DNA of 64,000 nt from Convolutriloba macropyga (taxonomy: Eukaryota): positions 8,184,001 to 8,248,000 of the forward strand of contig NC_134475.1 in assembly GCF_964194025.1 (NCBI RefSeq), written 5' to 3'. Positions within the stretch are counted from its first letter, which is position 1, and the number at the start of each line of letters is the position of its first letter. Below, piece by piece: positions 23,481-35,830 of the stretch. The position numbers were made by a program, and so were the translations under genes. The notes below the pieces were generated by a model. That model did not search any database, was not told the origin of the DNA, and saw only the letters and a program-made list of their open reading frames with translations.

Positions 23481-26400
23481 ATTTAACTTGTTCTTTTTTA
23501 GATTCTGAGTTTTACCATAAGCTACTTTTCATTTTTTACCCGACATACGTGGCCCCTAGTTCATATACTATGGGCTTAAAAAATGATAAATCGTCGGTAT
23601 TGTTGTTTTTGTTCGGTATATAGCATTCTTAAGATTCGGTGTTGTTGTTTTTAAACGTAAGAAAAGCTAGGTACCGTTGTTTTTAATCGTAAGAGATATT
23701 TGGTATCATTGTTTTTAAACTTGAGTAAGATTCACTTTTAGAGAAACACCAAAATTTTTTAACGCCTCTTCTGAAAAGCAGACTAACCCAGCGTATCGAA
23801 CAACGAAAACGATTGTCACTACAAGAAAGATCGAAACAACTTGCAAACTACAAGAAAGTATGACAAAACATAGTGAATGCGAATTGATCAACAGACTTCT
23901 CATCAATGCTCAACAAGCATGTTACATTTATGAATTCAAAATTAGCTAAGAAATTTATACTTATTCATTTATTGAATTTCTCTGACGTCTTTTAGTGACA
24001 TTGAATTCAAGTACAAAATAGTGTTTGATTGGATTTTTTTTCATCTTTGGAAATTACTGCTTTTTTGCGTTTTTGCTGTTGCGTGAGCCCTACAATAGTT
24101 ATTGAAACAATTGAGATTACAGCGCTAAATCTGCAGAGAACTAGAAGTCAAAATGCTCAAAATGTCCTTTGAGTTCCGTATTTGAGTTCCTCGCTATTGA
24201 TATTTTAGTTTTTTTTGTAGCGCTGTTAGAAAACATTTTCCTGGATAAAATGAAATTTTCCTGAAAATAATTAGAGGTGAAAATTTTATCATAAAATTAT
24301 AAAGGATATTCCTTTGATATCTGATCACCTGTTGATGCATTTTGTATAAGAAACTTGTAAAAATTTGGTCTCGCAAAAATAAAGGCGGACTTTTTTTTCA
24401 ATTTGCAAGTCGGAATTTGTAATTTGAAACAAATCAGTTGCCAGTTTACAGTGAGTAAATGCATGTTATCGCATTCGAAAAGCAGACTCATTTTGTGATC
24501 TTTGTCGGTTTATAACCCTCAAACAGACACCATTTATTCATTGTTTATTTTGAGGAAAAAAATTTGTTGAAAAATTAAATTTATTTCAGGAAGCACAAAC
24601 GAGGTCTATATATGTTTTTTTACTCAGTTTTTGCTTGAGTGTTTATGCATCAAGTTGTTAACATGAATTAGACAGTGACAGATATCATGTGTCAAAATCA
24701 TGCTTTTTTCTGGTTTGCCGTGCTCCTATTTATTTGCAAGGGGACTAAAATTTATATCCATCTGTGATCCGACTTTATTTTCTATGTGATTATTGCTTTT
24801 TTGAAGAAAAAAAACTTCTATTTGAATCAAACTCAAATAAAAAATAGTTGTCAACAACAAAGTACCGAAAAACTTTTTCCCGACATTCATTGGCTTCAAA
24901 GCATGAGTTTTGTGGAACGTTTCCCATCATGAGTTTGTTGAGAATCCATTCAAAAGTTCCTATTGTTTGCATTCATTGCTTAAAATCTCTCATGGTTCCA
25001 CGAACTTGGTAAATTTTTGGAGGAAAATAATGCAACTTTTATAGGTTCTCCAACAGCTAGTTGTTTCAATTACACTTTTTTTCCAAAACCGCTTGCCACT
25101 GTTTGCATCCACTGTTGATGGAAATCAAAACCTCGATAATTGAAATCTCGATTTTTGCAGCTGGTAATATTTGCCGCAAATGGAATTGTTGAGCTCCCAA
25201 TTGTTCCTACTAACCTATTTAGGCCCCTGGAATAACCACAAAAAATCGTTGAATTCTTGTCAGCAATAATATAGTAAATCTTAACAGTCAAAAAAGAAGA
25301 TGCTAATGAAGAGTTCATTAATAGAAATTTGTTACCGCTTTTCACTTTCAAGATAAAAATTCAACAATACAGTTGTTGGGATCACTTTTTTACCCTCTTT
25401 TAATACTTCGTTGCCTTCGTTTTTTTACTGTGTGAGCTTTAACTAATTTATAGTAGAGTCCAGTAATGTTTAAAATTATTGGGAAAGCCACTATTCCTGC
25501 AATTGAATGCATAACTAAAGTCAGAAACTGTTGCATTTTTGTCACATCTCATATAACTGAGCTGACAAAAGGATCAATACACTATTGTGGACCTCGTGGT
25601 GAGAAATAGATCCGTCGTTTTCCTTGCGCACAGCAAAGGACAAGTTTTTTTAAAAACCTGGCCGCAATTTTTGCTACAGTATTTTGTTTTCTTTTCTGGA
25701 GGGCTCAATTTCAATTTTCATATTCTTGAAGAATAGTCAAAATTGACCACAAAACTCCATTAACCGATCAACCAAAAAATTTTTCACTGACGTTGAAAGC
25801 TTTTAAAGCATGGTCAGTTTTAATTGATTTGACAGACTGCGCAGTAACTAATGAAGAAGAAACAAGGACACATGTTATTGAATGATTTTTTCCCTTTTTA
25901 AGGTTAACGTGACACTTTGTTGAAAATTGCGTCTTTGAAACAGCAGATATCAGTGAATTGCATAGTAACTGCGGATAAATTATAAAATGGTGGCACATTT
26001 ATGAGAACTCTTGAGAACAGTTTGCAGGCAATTTCGTTTGTTGACCTTCAACCTGTTCTTTTTTTTAGATTCTGAATTGTACCATAATCTACTCTTCATT
26101 TTTTCATCTGCTATGCGTAGCCCCTAGTTGAGCAAATCGTGACTTTTATATTTGGAAATTGTCGGTATCTTCCTTTTTTTCTAATCAGAAACGTCGAAAA
26201 TTCTTTTGATTTTTTGTCATTTTATTTCGGTATCTAAAATAAGAAAGATTTATTATTGTCGTTTTTAATCGTAAAAAATATTTTTTATCTTCGTTTTTAA
26301 ACTTAAGTGACATTTGGCATAGTTTCGAGAAACATCAGGATATTTTAAACTCCGGGTCAGAAAAGCAGATTAGTGCAGCGGACCCAAGAATGAAAACGAT

Positions 26401-29004
26401 TGGCACTGGGTGATTTGAGACGCAACCAACCGTCGAAAACGTTGCTTGTATACAGCAAGAAAAATATGTCAAAATTTAGTGAATGCGAATTAAGGAACAG
26501 AGAGACTTCCTATCAATGCTCAACAATTCTGTTACATCTTTGATTTCACAAATAACCACGAAATATATACTAATTCAATTATCTTTGCTAATGAGATAAG
26601 AAAAAAGAATTTTTAATGATATTGAACATTCTTTCGGATTTTTTCGTAGGATGTGAAAAAATGGTATCAAAATGTTTGACTCATTTATACACAGAAAAAA
26701 AAATTTTGGCTTCCAGTTCTTTGTTTACGCTATTATTCAAGTAATTTACGTCGGTATGCGGCATTTGCTTTCTCACACTATCAAAGTGCCAAGATTGAAC
26801 CTAAACCAAAAATGCCCTGACTGTCATTAGAAAGTGGTTTGGAATAGCAAGTCTTTTGAAGTCGAGAAATGAGAGAACTCTTATCACATAAAACGTCAAA
26901 ATACAAGTTGGATCAATTCAGAAAAATTGGGACTTTGTTTGAAAAAACCTCCATTGCTAAATGAAAGCAACTGATAACACAACTAGAAAACAAAAGATCT
27001 TTTGAATTATTTGTAAATGACATTATTTGCTCACTTAAAGAGCCCCCCAACAATTTGCTCTAAATAGGAAATATCTTACATAAAGTTTTGCGATCACAAC
27101 AGAAAAATGGAATGAAGAATTTGAGCTGGCCTTCTAGAGTATGGCAATCTGCCTTGAGGTACCAAACATCAGGAGACAGGTACAATTCTGAAAAGCCGTA
27201 GCTGCGCACCCATCCGGAACAAAAAAACCAGAAGGTTGAGTATTATCTATAGCCTCTTTTTTTTCTATAATGAAATAGCAATGCTATGACGAAACCCCAA
27301 GAATTATGGAATTAACATAACGAATAATTAATATCCGGATGTCAGGAATTGTAATTTAGTCAAATGGAAAAAAAATTTGGTGATACGAAGACGAAGGCAG
27401 AAACAACATTGGAAATCACATCGAAAATTATGCTATACCGGAGGCCAATACAAACGCTTTGTTTTCAATATAGAGGCCCAATTAGCCATCGAACTAAACG
27501 AATAACTGCAAAAAATAGAGCCACTAACAGTGATATACAGAGCCATGCATTGAAAACGTGCTCATCATTCTTATGTTCAAGTTTTGATCTGCATATAAAA
27601 TCTCACTTTGTACAAAAAAACAACTTTTAGTGGATGGAACTTCAATTGTATTTTGCAGTTTTGTAGACATATTACCGGGTAGAGGGCAGATTATCCAAAA
27701 AAGATTCATCGGTGGGTCCGCCAATGAACCAAAGTTGTGGCACCTCAAGGGCAAGGTGCCACCAAAGCTCAGGACTGTTGAAAGCCAACTAGCAAAGCCA
27801 GAAACTGTTATCAAAAGATTAGTCAGCACAAGACATGCTGCTTTTTTTGTAATTCGAAAATTACGTTTTATTGTATTAAGAAAATGAAATTTTCAGAAAC
27901 AACACCGGAGTGATCAACGAAAACTTTTGAAAGCCCTATAACATAACCGATAGAATTAAATACATAACGAAAAACGAAATTTCAGAAGTCTTTCTTTCAA
28001 CAAAAGCAAGAACTTAAGGAAACTCAGATTATTGTTTTATTTTCTAATACAATTGAGGTCTTTTTATTTGTATATAGAATACCTTCACGTACGTAATGAT
28101 GCATTATAATGATGCTATCTATTGGCAAAACTTCCAGGTAAACTTATATATATATAAAGTAGTTCTATTACAACCAAAAGTCATTTTGCATGATTGTCCA
28201 AAACAATGCCACGACTAATTATAACCATCAAAGAGCACGTTTCCAGATTTTAACTATTTCTCTGTCCTGATTCTCAAACCGTGTATTTGGAGAGAATAAA
28301 ATGCGTTCCAAACATAGACAGTGAACAAAAAAGTAGTGATAAAGATTCAATGGTTGTTCACTGTTTGGATCAAATCTGTATGGTAGCAGATCTCTGGAGG
28401 GTTTTGATGAGGACGGATGCACTCGTGATCTACAGGAGAAGATTAATGGATAGAAGGTGGCCTTTTGATCTTCGATTGTCCTTTGACTGAATTTCAGCTT
28501 CTTCGTGGACCTGTGTTATCTACAGGAATCCGTATTACGATTGGGCAACTCTAAGCATATGGATTAAACATCGAAAAATGAATCTTCCTCTGAATCTTGT
28601 TTTGGTAGTAACCATTAGCTTTGATATGTCGTCGTCAGTAGTGGTACGTTTAATTGCAAAGGTTTCATTGACCAGGTTGGCAACGAATGAATAAATATAT
28701 CATTTCTCATATAATATTGTGNNNNNNNNNNNNNNNNNNNNNNNNNNNNNNNNNNNNNNNNNNNNNNNNNNNNNNNNNNNNNNNNNNNNNNNNNNNNNNN
28801 NNNNNNNNNNNNNNNNNNNNNNNNNNNNNNNNNNNNNNNNNNNNNNNNNNNNNNNNNNNNNNNNNNNNNNNNNNNNNNNNNNNNNNNNNNNNNNNNNNNN
28901 NNNNNNNNNNNNNNNNNNNNNNNNNNNNNNNNNNNNNNNNNNNNNNNNNNNNNNNNNNNNNNNNNNNNNNNNNNNNNNNNNNNNAATTTACTCCAAGAAA
29001 GAAC

Positions 29005-29243
29005 TTTGGTTTTGCTTACATTTGCGGTTGTAAGTTGGAACTTCTTGGAGCTTCTTGATCTCCCTTGAACGCTGATGAACTCCTCTTCTGATAAAGTCAA
29101 TTCAGTCTGTTTGCAAGATTTTGTTGGTTTTGCTTACATTTGCGGTTGTAAGTTGGAACTTCTTGGAGCTTCTTGATCTCCATTGAACGCTGATGAACTC
29201 CTCTTCTGATAAAGTCAATTCAGTCTGTTTGCAAGATTTTGTT
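29005..29243. repeat. ~119-bp near-perfect tandem duplication next to a gap
   Basis: ttggttttgcttacatttgcgg...gtttgcaagattttg occurs twice, nearly identical. Confidence 0.93.
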
Positions 29244-29302
29244 GATTAATAATTGTAAACCAGTTGGGTTTTGTCGTAATAAAGTATGAAATATAACAAA
29301 GT

Positions 29303-29620
29303 TTGATTTCGACCAATTAATACACTGAAATTGTTAGGTTCTGGCAATTAAAACAATGAAACAAATTGATTTCGGTCTTATTAATCTACCTAAATTGTAA
29401 GATTATGGCAATAACAAACTATGAAACAATCGGACTTCGGCCTATTAATACGCTGAATTTGGAAGATTCTGGCACTATTATAGTAAGAAGCAAGTTGATT
29501 TCGGCCAATTAATACAATGAGTTTACAAGATTCTGGCAATAATACAATATGAAACAAATCGATTTCGGCCAATTAATACACTGAATTGATAAGATTTGGC
29601 GATATTGAACAATGAAGCCA
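29303..29620. repeat. Degenerate ~64-bp tandem repeat, 5 copies
   Basis: Units of gatttcggccaattaatacactgaa...gattctggcaat...atgaaacaa. Confidence 0.8.
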
Positions 29621-30329
29621 TTTGACTCAGCAATACACAAGTGTTTCATGGAATGAATCAATCTTTGTTTGGATAACAGAGTGACTTTGTTAGGCAGTGA
29701 ATTATGTGGACTAATGCCAGCAACTTGAGACAGCCCGCGTTTTCTTGTTTATAATCAATTAAAGCTGGTTTTGTAAAAAAACACATTGTTGTTGTCTAAA
29801 TGAACTAAGAAAATCAATTAAAGCAGAAAGTAGGAAAAACAGATTCATGAATACATCATTTTGATTAATTAGGATAAAAAAATGAAACATGTTTAAATGT
29901 TTTCATTATAATTAAAGTACGAGGAAGTTTACGCCCTTAATTTTTTGGTTTTACATGATCAAGTTTCTCTCTCATTCACAAGTGAAATTCACACCTCTTA
30001 AAGAAATTTTATAAATCACTTGAGATTTCTGTTTTTTATCGAAACTCGACTTCAGCGAAGGCAAGCAGGCTTTCATTTTTCTAGTCTTTAAAATTAAATT
30101 TAACCCGGATATCTTTAGTAGTTTTGTTTCAATGACAAGACAAAGGAAAGACAAAAGCATCACGCTAAGGAAGCCAACCGGGTTTTTACGGACGGTGTTA
30201 CCAGTAGTTCCGGTGAACTTCCTTGAGGAAGTGCAGATTTCTAATCCAATAATGCCGTTCCATAGGATGTAAGTTGTCCAACTAAAACGTGAAAAAAGGA
30301 GAACGGAAGATGTTTTGAAAAATTTGTGA

Positions 30330-32145
30330 GTTCAAACTTCAGAAAATTTCTTTGAACGCTGTTTGAAATACAATTTGGTTCCAAATTTTCTAAAATTCTT
30401 TGTTCTGAAAAAACAATTTTTCTGAGCAAACAGAGCATAATGTCCAATCGATATTGTTAAAGAAAGAGCTAAAGAATAATAGCAAAAATGCTGAGCAGGC
30501 CAAGGTGAATGTTCGAAAAAGCAGTGTAAAGCTAATCGAAAACATCAGTAATATGTTCATGTTACCAATCATATTTTTAACTTGAGCACAAAATGTAGAT
30601 CTTTATGACAGAATATACGTTTAAAATGCTTTCGAAGCTGGAAAAAGTTTTGCAGAGACAAATTAAACCATTTCGTTAGACAGAGCACTCGATGGTATCG
30701 TATGGCCCACTTTTATTTAAAAAATGCTCTCATATGGCTCAAATCATCTCGTCAGGGATAGGTTCAGTGAGATTAATTTTCTGGCGGATGTAGATAAATT
30801 GTCCTGCCACTGCGAATAGGTGGATCTTCCGCAGGAAAACTGTGCAAAATCAAATCTGCAACCAAGTGGCATGACAAACACATGAAATAGACACCTATAG
30901 ACTGCGGCTTTGCCAAGGTAAATAAACACCTCAGGGAGAACAAACCTTAGGCTCTGCCGTCTGACAAAAGGAATGTTTTTGTGTGATGAAAAAAGAAAGC
31001 TGTGAACAAAAAACTCCTGGATGTATTCAACTAATTGCGGTTTAACGAAATGGAAATTGAGAAAGATAAATAATTCTAAAATCTGAAAAAGAAACAAACA
31101 GCACATTGCTAGAAATGAAGAAACAGGAGTTTATAAGTAGACGAATGTACTACAGACTCCAAACAGTAGGAGGTCAAACTGCTTTTCTGTATGTTTAAGC
31201 AAAAGATCACAAAATCGACACGCCACTGAGACCAGATCTGTCAAATGCTGGGAGTAATTACCACAACTCTAATAAACTCCATACGCCAATTTTGAGAAGT
31301 TACTCCAAGCAAACATTGAAACATTCACACTGGATGCACGTAATGAAATTGAGTTAATTGCTCCTAATAACAACGAACAGAAAGTCTTGTTAGATGTAGA
31401 AATTTTTTTCTTTACAAGTTTGCTTGTTTCGGAATAATTGGAAATAGCTCTAAGATTACTCGGTTCATGAGACCTCGCTCCAGATATAGAACGATAAACA
31501 TTGAATTTTCTGTTTAAAATTGTTGTGACAAATATCCATTTCAAATGTAATAATTGATTCAACCGAGTAGACAGCCTAGCAATGGTTACATCTTTAGCGG
31601 TAAAATTAGCGAACATTTAGATGAAATCGTTCGAAGATAAACTAGAGACGAAAGTTGTTTTCATGAGCCAGGCTTAAAGAAAGATCCCAATGAGAATTGC
31701 CCCTATTGTTCAGGAACACTTATTTAGAATAGAAAAAGATTTGATTTTGAACGAAGCAGAAATTGGTTTCAAGTGAGGCCCCAAAAAATCAGCAATAAAG
31801 ATTACAAAAAATGTAGATACTGTATGGTTTTCTAGTAACTGCAACAAATTACTCAAAACAGAAAAGAAATTAGGGAGGCAGTTTATTGCTCATTTTAATG
31901 ACAATTTTATATGTTCTAATGAATCAAAAGGCAGAGAATTGCTCAAAAAATCTAACGAGTAGCATTAAAAATTTCAGTTTACGTAAATAAAAGTAGATGC
32001 AAACGGCGAACTGGCTTTTCTTGACATGAATATGTGTTAGCAAGGAAAGGAAATGAAATTTTCTTGGGAATGATTCGGTCAGCCTATGGATACCTCTACA
32101 GTTCTAAACGTTCATAGTTGTGCACCCACTGCAGGATGTAAAGGC
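30330..32145 (+). mobile_element. Decayed Penelope-like retroelement (RT; GIY-YIG end missing)
   Basis: Across stops and frameshifts: 'MLSYG...DRFSEINFLADVDKL', 'DK..F CVMKKES', 'GGQTAFLY..AKDHKIDTPLRP', 'LDV..FFT', 'NIHFKCN...VDSLAMVTSLAVKLANI*MKSFE', 'GELAFLDM', 'LNVHSCAP'. Confidence 0.82.
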
Positions 32146-32667
32146 ACCTCTGTCGATTAGATTTGCCGTCATTTTAACACAACGATAACGGAGACCATCA
32201 AAAACTTGATTCACCGGTTGTGCAGCAATTAGCGACCGCTGTGGTTTTTCATAGGATTTTAATTGGCGAACCATTGACAACTGCAGCGACATTGAGAAAT
32301 TGATCATCGTTAATGCATTGTACATAAAGCAACGAAAACCAAAAACAGGGACAAATATCGGGGCAGTGAGCGGACACTCAATTATCAGTCTAGCATGTGA
32401 GTTGACGTGCTCGAAAACGTTCAAGAACATTATATTCAAAAGCGCAAAATCACGCTATTGTCGGAAAATTTCCCCTAAAAAATTTGCAACATATTTTTAA
32501 CGTAGAAAATCAATAATTTTTGAGGGTTCTAAAAATTTGAGTTGAACAAATTGACCGGCTCAAAGACCTCAAAAACTAATCTTTGTAATTGTTGTTGTTG
32601 TTGTTGTTGTTGTTGGAGATTAGCAGCGGGTTTGCTGCAGGGCTGATTTATGCCCTGTCGTCAGTTG

Positions 32668-35036
32668 TTAAAATAGAGTCCAATTATTTCTGCATCCATA
32701 GCAGTCGCAAAAAGTTTGCCAAGTGCAGACCTTCTTATCACAAAATCGTTTATTGACAAACTCCCACATTAGGTTTATCATTCTCTTCTTGAGTCCGTAA
32801 AGTCTACTGAATTCAACATATTTCTCTAATTGGTTTGCGATTCTGCAGTTGCGGAAGATGAATTTGCTTCTAGCTTTTTCCATTCTTGTTTTTTGTAACC
32901 GATAGACTTCCTTTGTGCGTCCATTGGCGCTGGTGAGGTCAGGTAGTTCGATGCAGTGCGAGCTTTCAAGCAAGACTTTTGCAAGTAGAAGTAGGTCGTT
33001 CACTTGGAGAAACATAGGCAAGGGGAGGATGTTGAGCAGCGGAAGTTGACTGATGTAATTCACTCCTTTGTTTCCCGTGATCCTTTTACTGCCATCTTTT
33101 GAAAGCGTTCAAGGTTTTGTAGCTCGCTTCTTGATGGGTTTATGCAAGTGAAGCCGTACAGCAAAACGGGTAGTATTAGTGATTTCTAAAGCCCAAGTTT
33201 GATGCTTGATTTAACTTGTACTGCGACGTTTCGTCTGAGGAAGTACAGTACTTTGTTAGCTTTCCTGAGTCGGTTTTCCATATGTTTACTCCAGCTCAGG
33301 TCATCTTTGATGTAAATTCCCAAGTCTTGTACTGAATCTGCATTTGCCAAATCTTCACCCACAATATCGAAATTTTGCCTTTTCCCTCGAAGAGTTATCT
33401 GAACACATTTGTCCAGTGCCAGCTCCATCTTGTTTGATCTGACCCACGAAGCAATGCTGTCTAGGTCTTCCTGGATTGTCTAATCTTTTCCAATCGCGAG
33501 GATTTTCAGGTCGTCTGCAAAGATGAATGGGTCTGAAAACTTCGGCGTGTCGGGTAAGTTTTAATGAAGATACAAAACAGGAGCGGACTTAGTAGTGAGC
33601 CCTGAGGTACTCCATTAGTAACGTCTTGAACACCGGAACATATGTTATCGATTCTGACAAACTGTTTCCGTTAATTAGGTAGTCCATGAGAACATGTAGG
33701 AGACATCCTCCTTCCCCCAAAATTTGCAACCTTTTTTAATAGCCCGAAATTTTTTATCGAAAGCTTTCGAGAAGTCCGTGTAGAAAGCAATAACTTCTGA
33801 GTTTGGATCGTTATCGAGTGGATCTTTTTCAGGAAAGTAATCATGTTTGTGAAAACAGACCGATTTTTAACAAATCCATGCTGGTGCTCTGTCAAGAAAG
33901 TGGCAAAGTGGTCGTAAAAAGCCACGTAGACGCTTTCCAGGTTTTTACTTTCTATGTCCAGTAAGGACAATGGACGGTTGTTTTGTACGTAACGTCTGTC
34001 TCCCTTCTTGTTGATTGGTGTCACAGCGGCTGTCTTCCATGTGTCAGGTATCCTTCTTTGTTTCTTTATCACCTTCAGAATCTTATTTAGGACGACGAGA
34101 TTTGTCGTGACTTTTTCTTGAAGAAGGCCAGAGGGAGTCCCTTTGGGCCCTTGGATTTAGCAATGTCCAATTCGGACACAAAGGAACGTATGGTTTCAAC
34201 CGATATGTTAAAGTTTGTCAATGTAGGATTTTTCGTTTCAATGTCAGAAATGCTGAATGGTTGTTCTGGGAGAAAACTGAATGGAAGAACTTGTTCATAA
34301 TGTCGACTTGTTCGTGGACAATGGTTCTCACTTTATCACCACTCACGATTTGCTTCGGAAGGCTGGGTGATTTATTGAGACTTCTCAGATGTTTGAATAT
34401 AACGTCGGTGTTTCTTGGGGACATTCAATTCTCCTGGTAGTCTTTCCTGTCTGCCTCGGCTGACTCGGTTACCAAGTTCTTCAGCTTCATGGCTGCTGCT
34501 TTCCAGTAACTCGTTGGTTTCCTTTCAAGAAGCCTTTTCTGCGTTTTCAGTTTTTTCATAAGACTTGCTGTTTTCCAGTTTGCATCCGGGAAGTTCAGGT
34601 CGCCACAGATTAAATCCAGTTTTGAATTTGAAATGCTTTTAAGGAGTTTTTTGAAATTGTTGATATTATATCGGTATTCACTGCCTTTTGTTGGGTTGTA
34701 GAACAAACAATTATCAATTCAGATCTGTCTAGTTAAATTTTGCAGGCTATGCATGAGTCGGGAAGATCCGCATTGATCTTCTCAGAGTTTAGAGAGTTTT
34801 TAATGCTATGAGGCTACCACCGTGGGCGTTTTTATCTCCAAAGAAAGAAGGGTCGCTTCGATATAAGTTGTAAACATTTAAAAGTAGTTCCAGTCGCTGA
34901 TCAATTCGTTGAGCCAGGTTTCGCAAAGACAAATGACAGTGTAGTCCCCTATTTCAACTGCATTGGCAAGTTTTGGTCTTCGGTCGATGTTCAACAGACT
35001 TCATGTCTTGAGTTGAAGAATGTTGAGGAAACCTAG
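32668..35036 (-). pseudogene. LINE ORF2 (APE endonuclease plus RT); frameshifted and internally deleted
   Basis: 'VICLCETWLN', 'YNPTKGSEY', 'ICGDLNFP', 'WKTAAVTPINKKGDR...RPLSLL', 'QHGF', 'GVPQGSLLSPLLF', 'FIFADDLKI', 'DLGIYIKDDLSW'. Confidence 0.9.
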
Positions 35037-35780
35037 TCATGGAGAATCGGTTTTCTCAGATTCTAAGTGAAAATTCTTCCCGTCATTGAACAGCTCCAAA
35101 TTTCGAATTCGCAACATCTCTCGAGGAACGCCTTGGGCGAGTAGTTGACGTCTTGTTTTCAGAATGAGGTATTCCTGCATTGCATCTTCTCGCGAGAGAG
35201 CAGCCAGGAAGTAATTGTTTCGCTTAGTGAGATTTTGACTGTGTTCATGACTTTTCGCCAAGGCCAGGCGTGCTTGATGTTCGTTCTCTACCGTGACGAG
35301 AAGGGGTCTAGGTTTCTTTCGCTCGGGGTCGAATTTGCCAAGTCTTTTGAACTCGAGAACATGTGGCTCAGCTCCAATCGTAAACAGTATTTCGTTCTGT
35401 TCAGAGTTCGTCGGGACAAAATTTCCCGCTTTAGATTTCGATGGGTCTTCTTTTAACCCTTGGATTCTGAAACTTTGGTTGATATTGTGATTTGACTTTT
35501 GGGCTTCCGCATTTTGTGCTCTCTTGGGATTTCCGCTCATGGTTTTGTCCACGGCGACAACACTTGCGTATGTTTTATCCACATTGTCGCAAGTGGTCGT
35601 CATTGCGTCTCCATTTTTAGAATCGACTAAGTCCGATAGTCGCTTTTCCATGTTCTTTAACTTTTCACCCACGTCAAGGTTTTCCAGTTTCTCAGAGACA
35701 CTTGCTAGAGCGCGTCCTCACATGAAATTATCGCGCTCGTTGTTTTCTACGCACGTGTTGCAGAGTGGCATCGCATTCAT
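35037..35780 (-). pseudogene. LINE ORF1 (coiled coil plus RRM-like; remnant Cys 'LCNTC' at the 5' break)
   Basis: 'FRIQGLKEDP', 'FKRLGKFDPERKKPRPLLVT', 'LSREDAMQE', 'LRIRNLELF'. Confidence 0.8.
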
Positions 35781-35830
35781 TGTTGATATAAATTGTTGAT
35801 AATAAATTGTTGATATAAATTGTTGATAAT
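35781..35830. repeat. 13-15-bp tandem repeat (tgttgatataaat) at the LINE 5' break
   Basis: About four visible copies. Confidence 0.8.

Larger units (their letters stand above)
12030..26580 (-). repeat. Macrosatellite (~3.5 units of ~4-4.7 kb) composed of degenerate Polinton/Maverick-like capsid genes
   Basis: Landmarks recur in the same order: ttgccgtgctcct (12075, 20053, 24715); tttcaag(g)taa (12570, 17014, 20814, 25345); gtagagtttagcaa (13149, 17529, 18307, 21319, 22097); ttgagttcctcgct (15675, 19495, 24182). The 16.5-19 kb and 20.3-22.8 kb copies are the most similar pair. Confidence 0.92.
32591..35790 (-). mobile_element. CR1/L2-group LINE, 5'-truncated and decayed, with (CAA)n tail
   Basis: ORF1-like and APE-RT pieces in order, short 3' UTR, and (gtt)n at 32591-32615 corresponding to a 3' (CAA)n tail. 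Confidence 0.92.

Noticed and set aside
12030-26580. Intact genes read with an alternative genetic code
   Set aside because: All three stop types and many frameshifts interrupt the motifs, and they differ between units; this is decay, not recoding.
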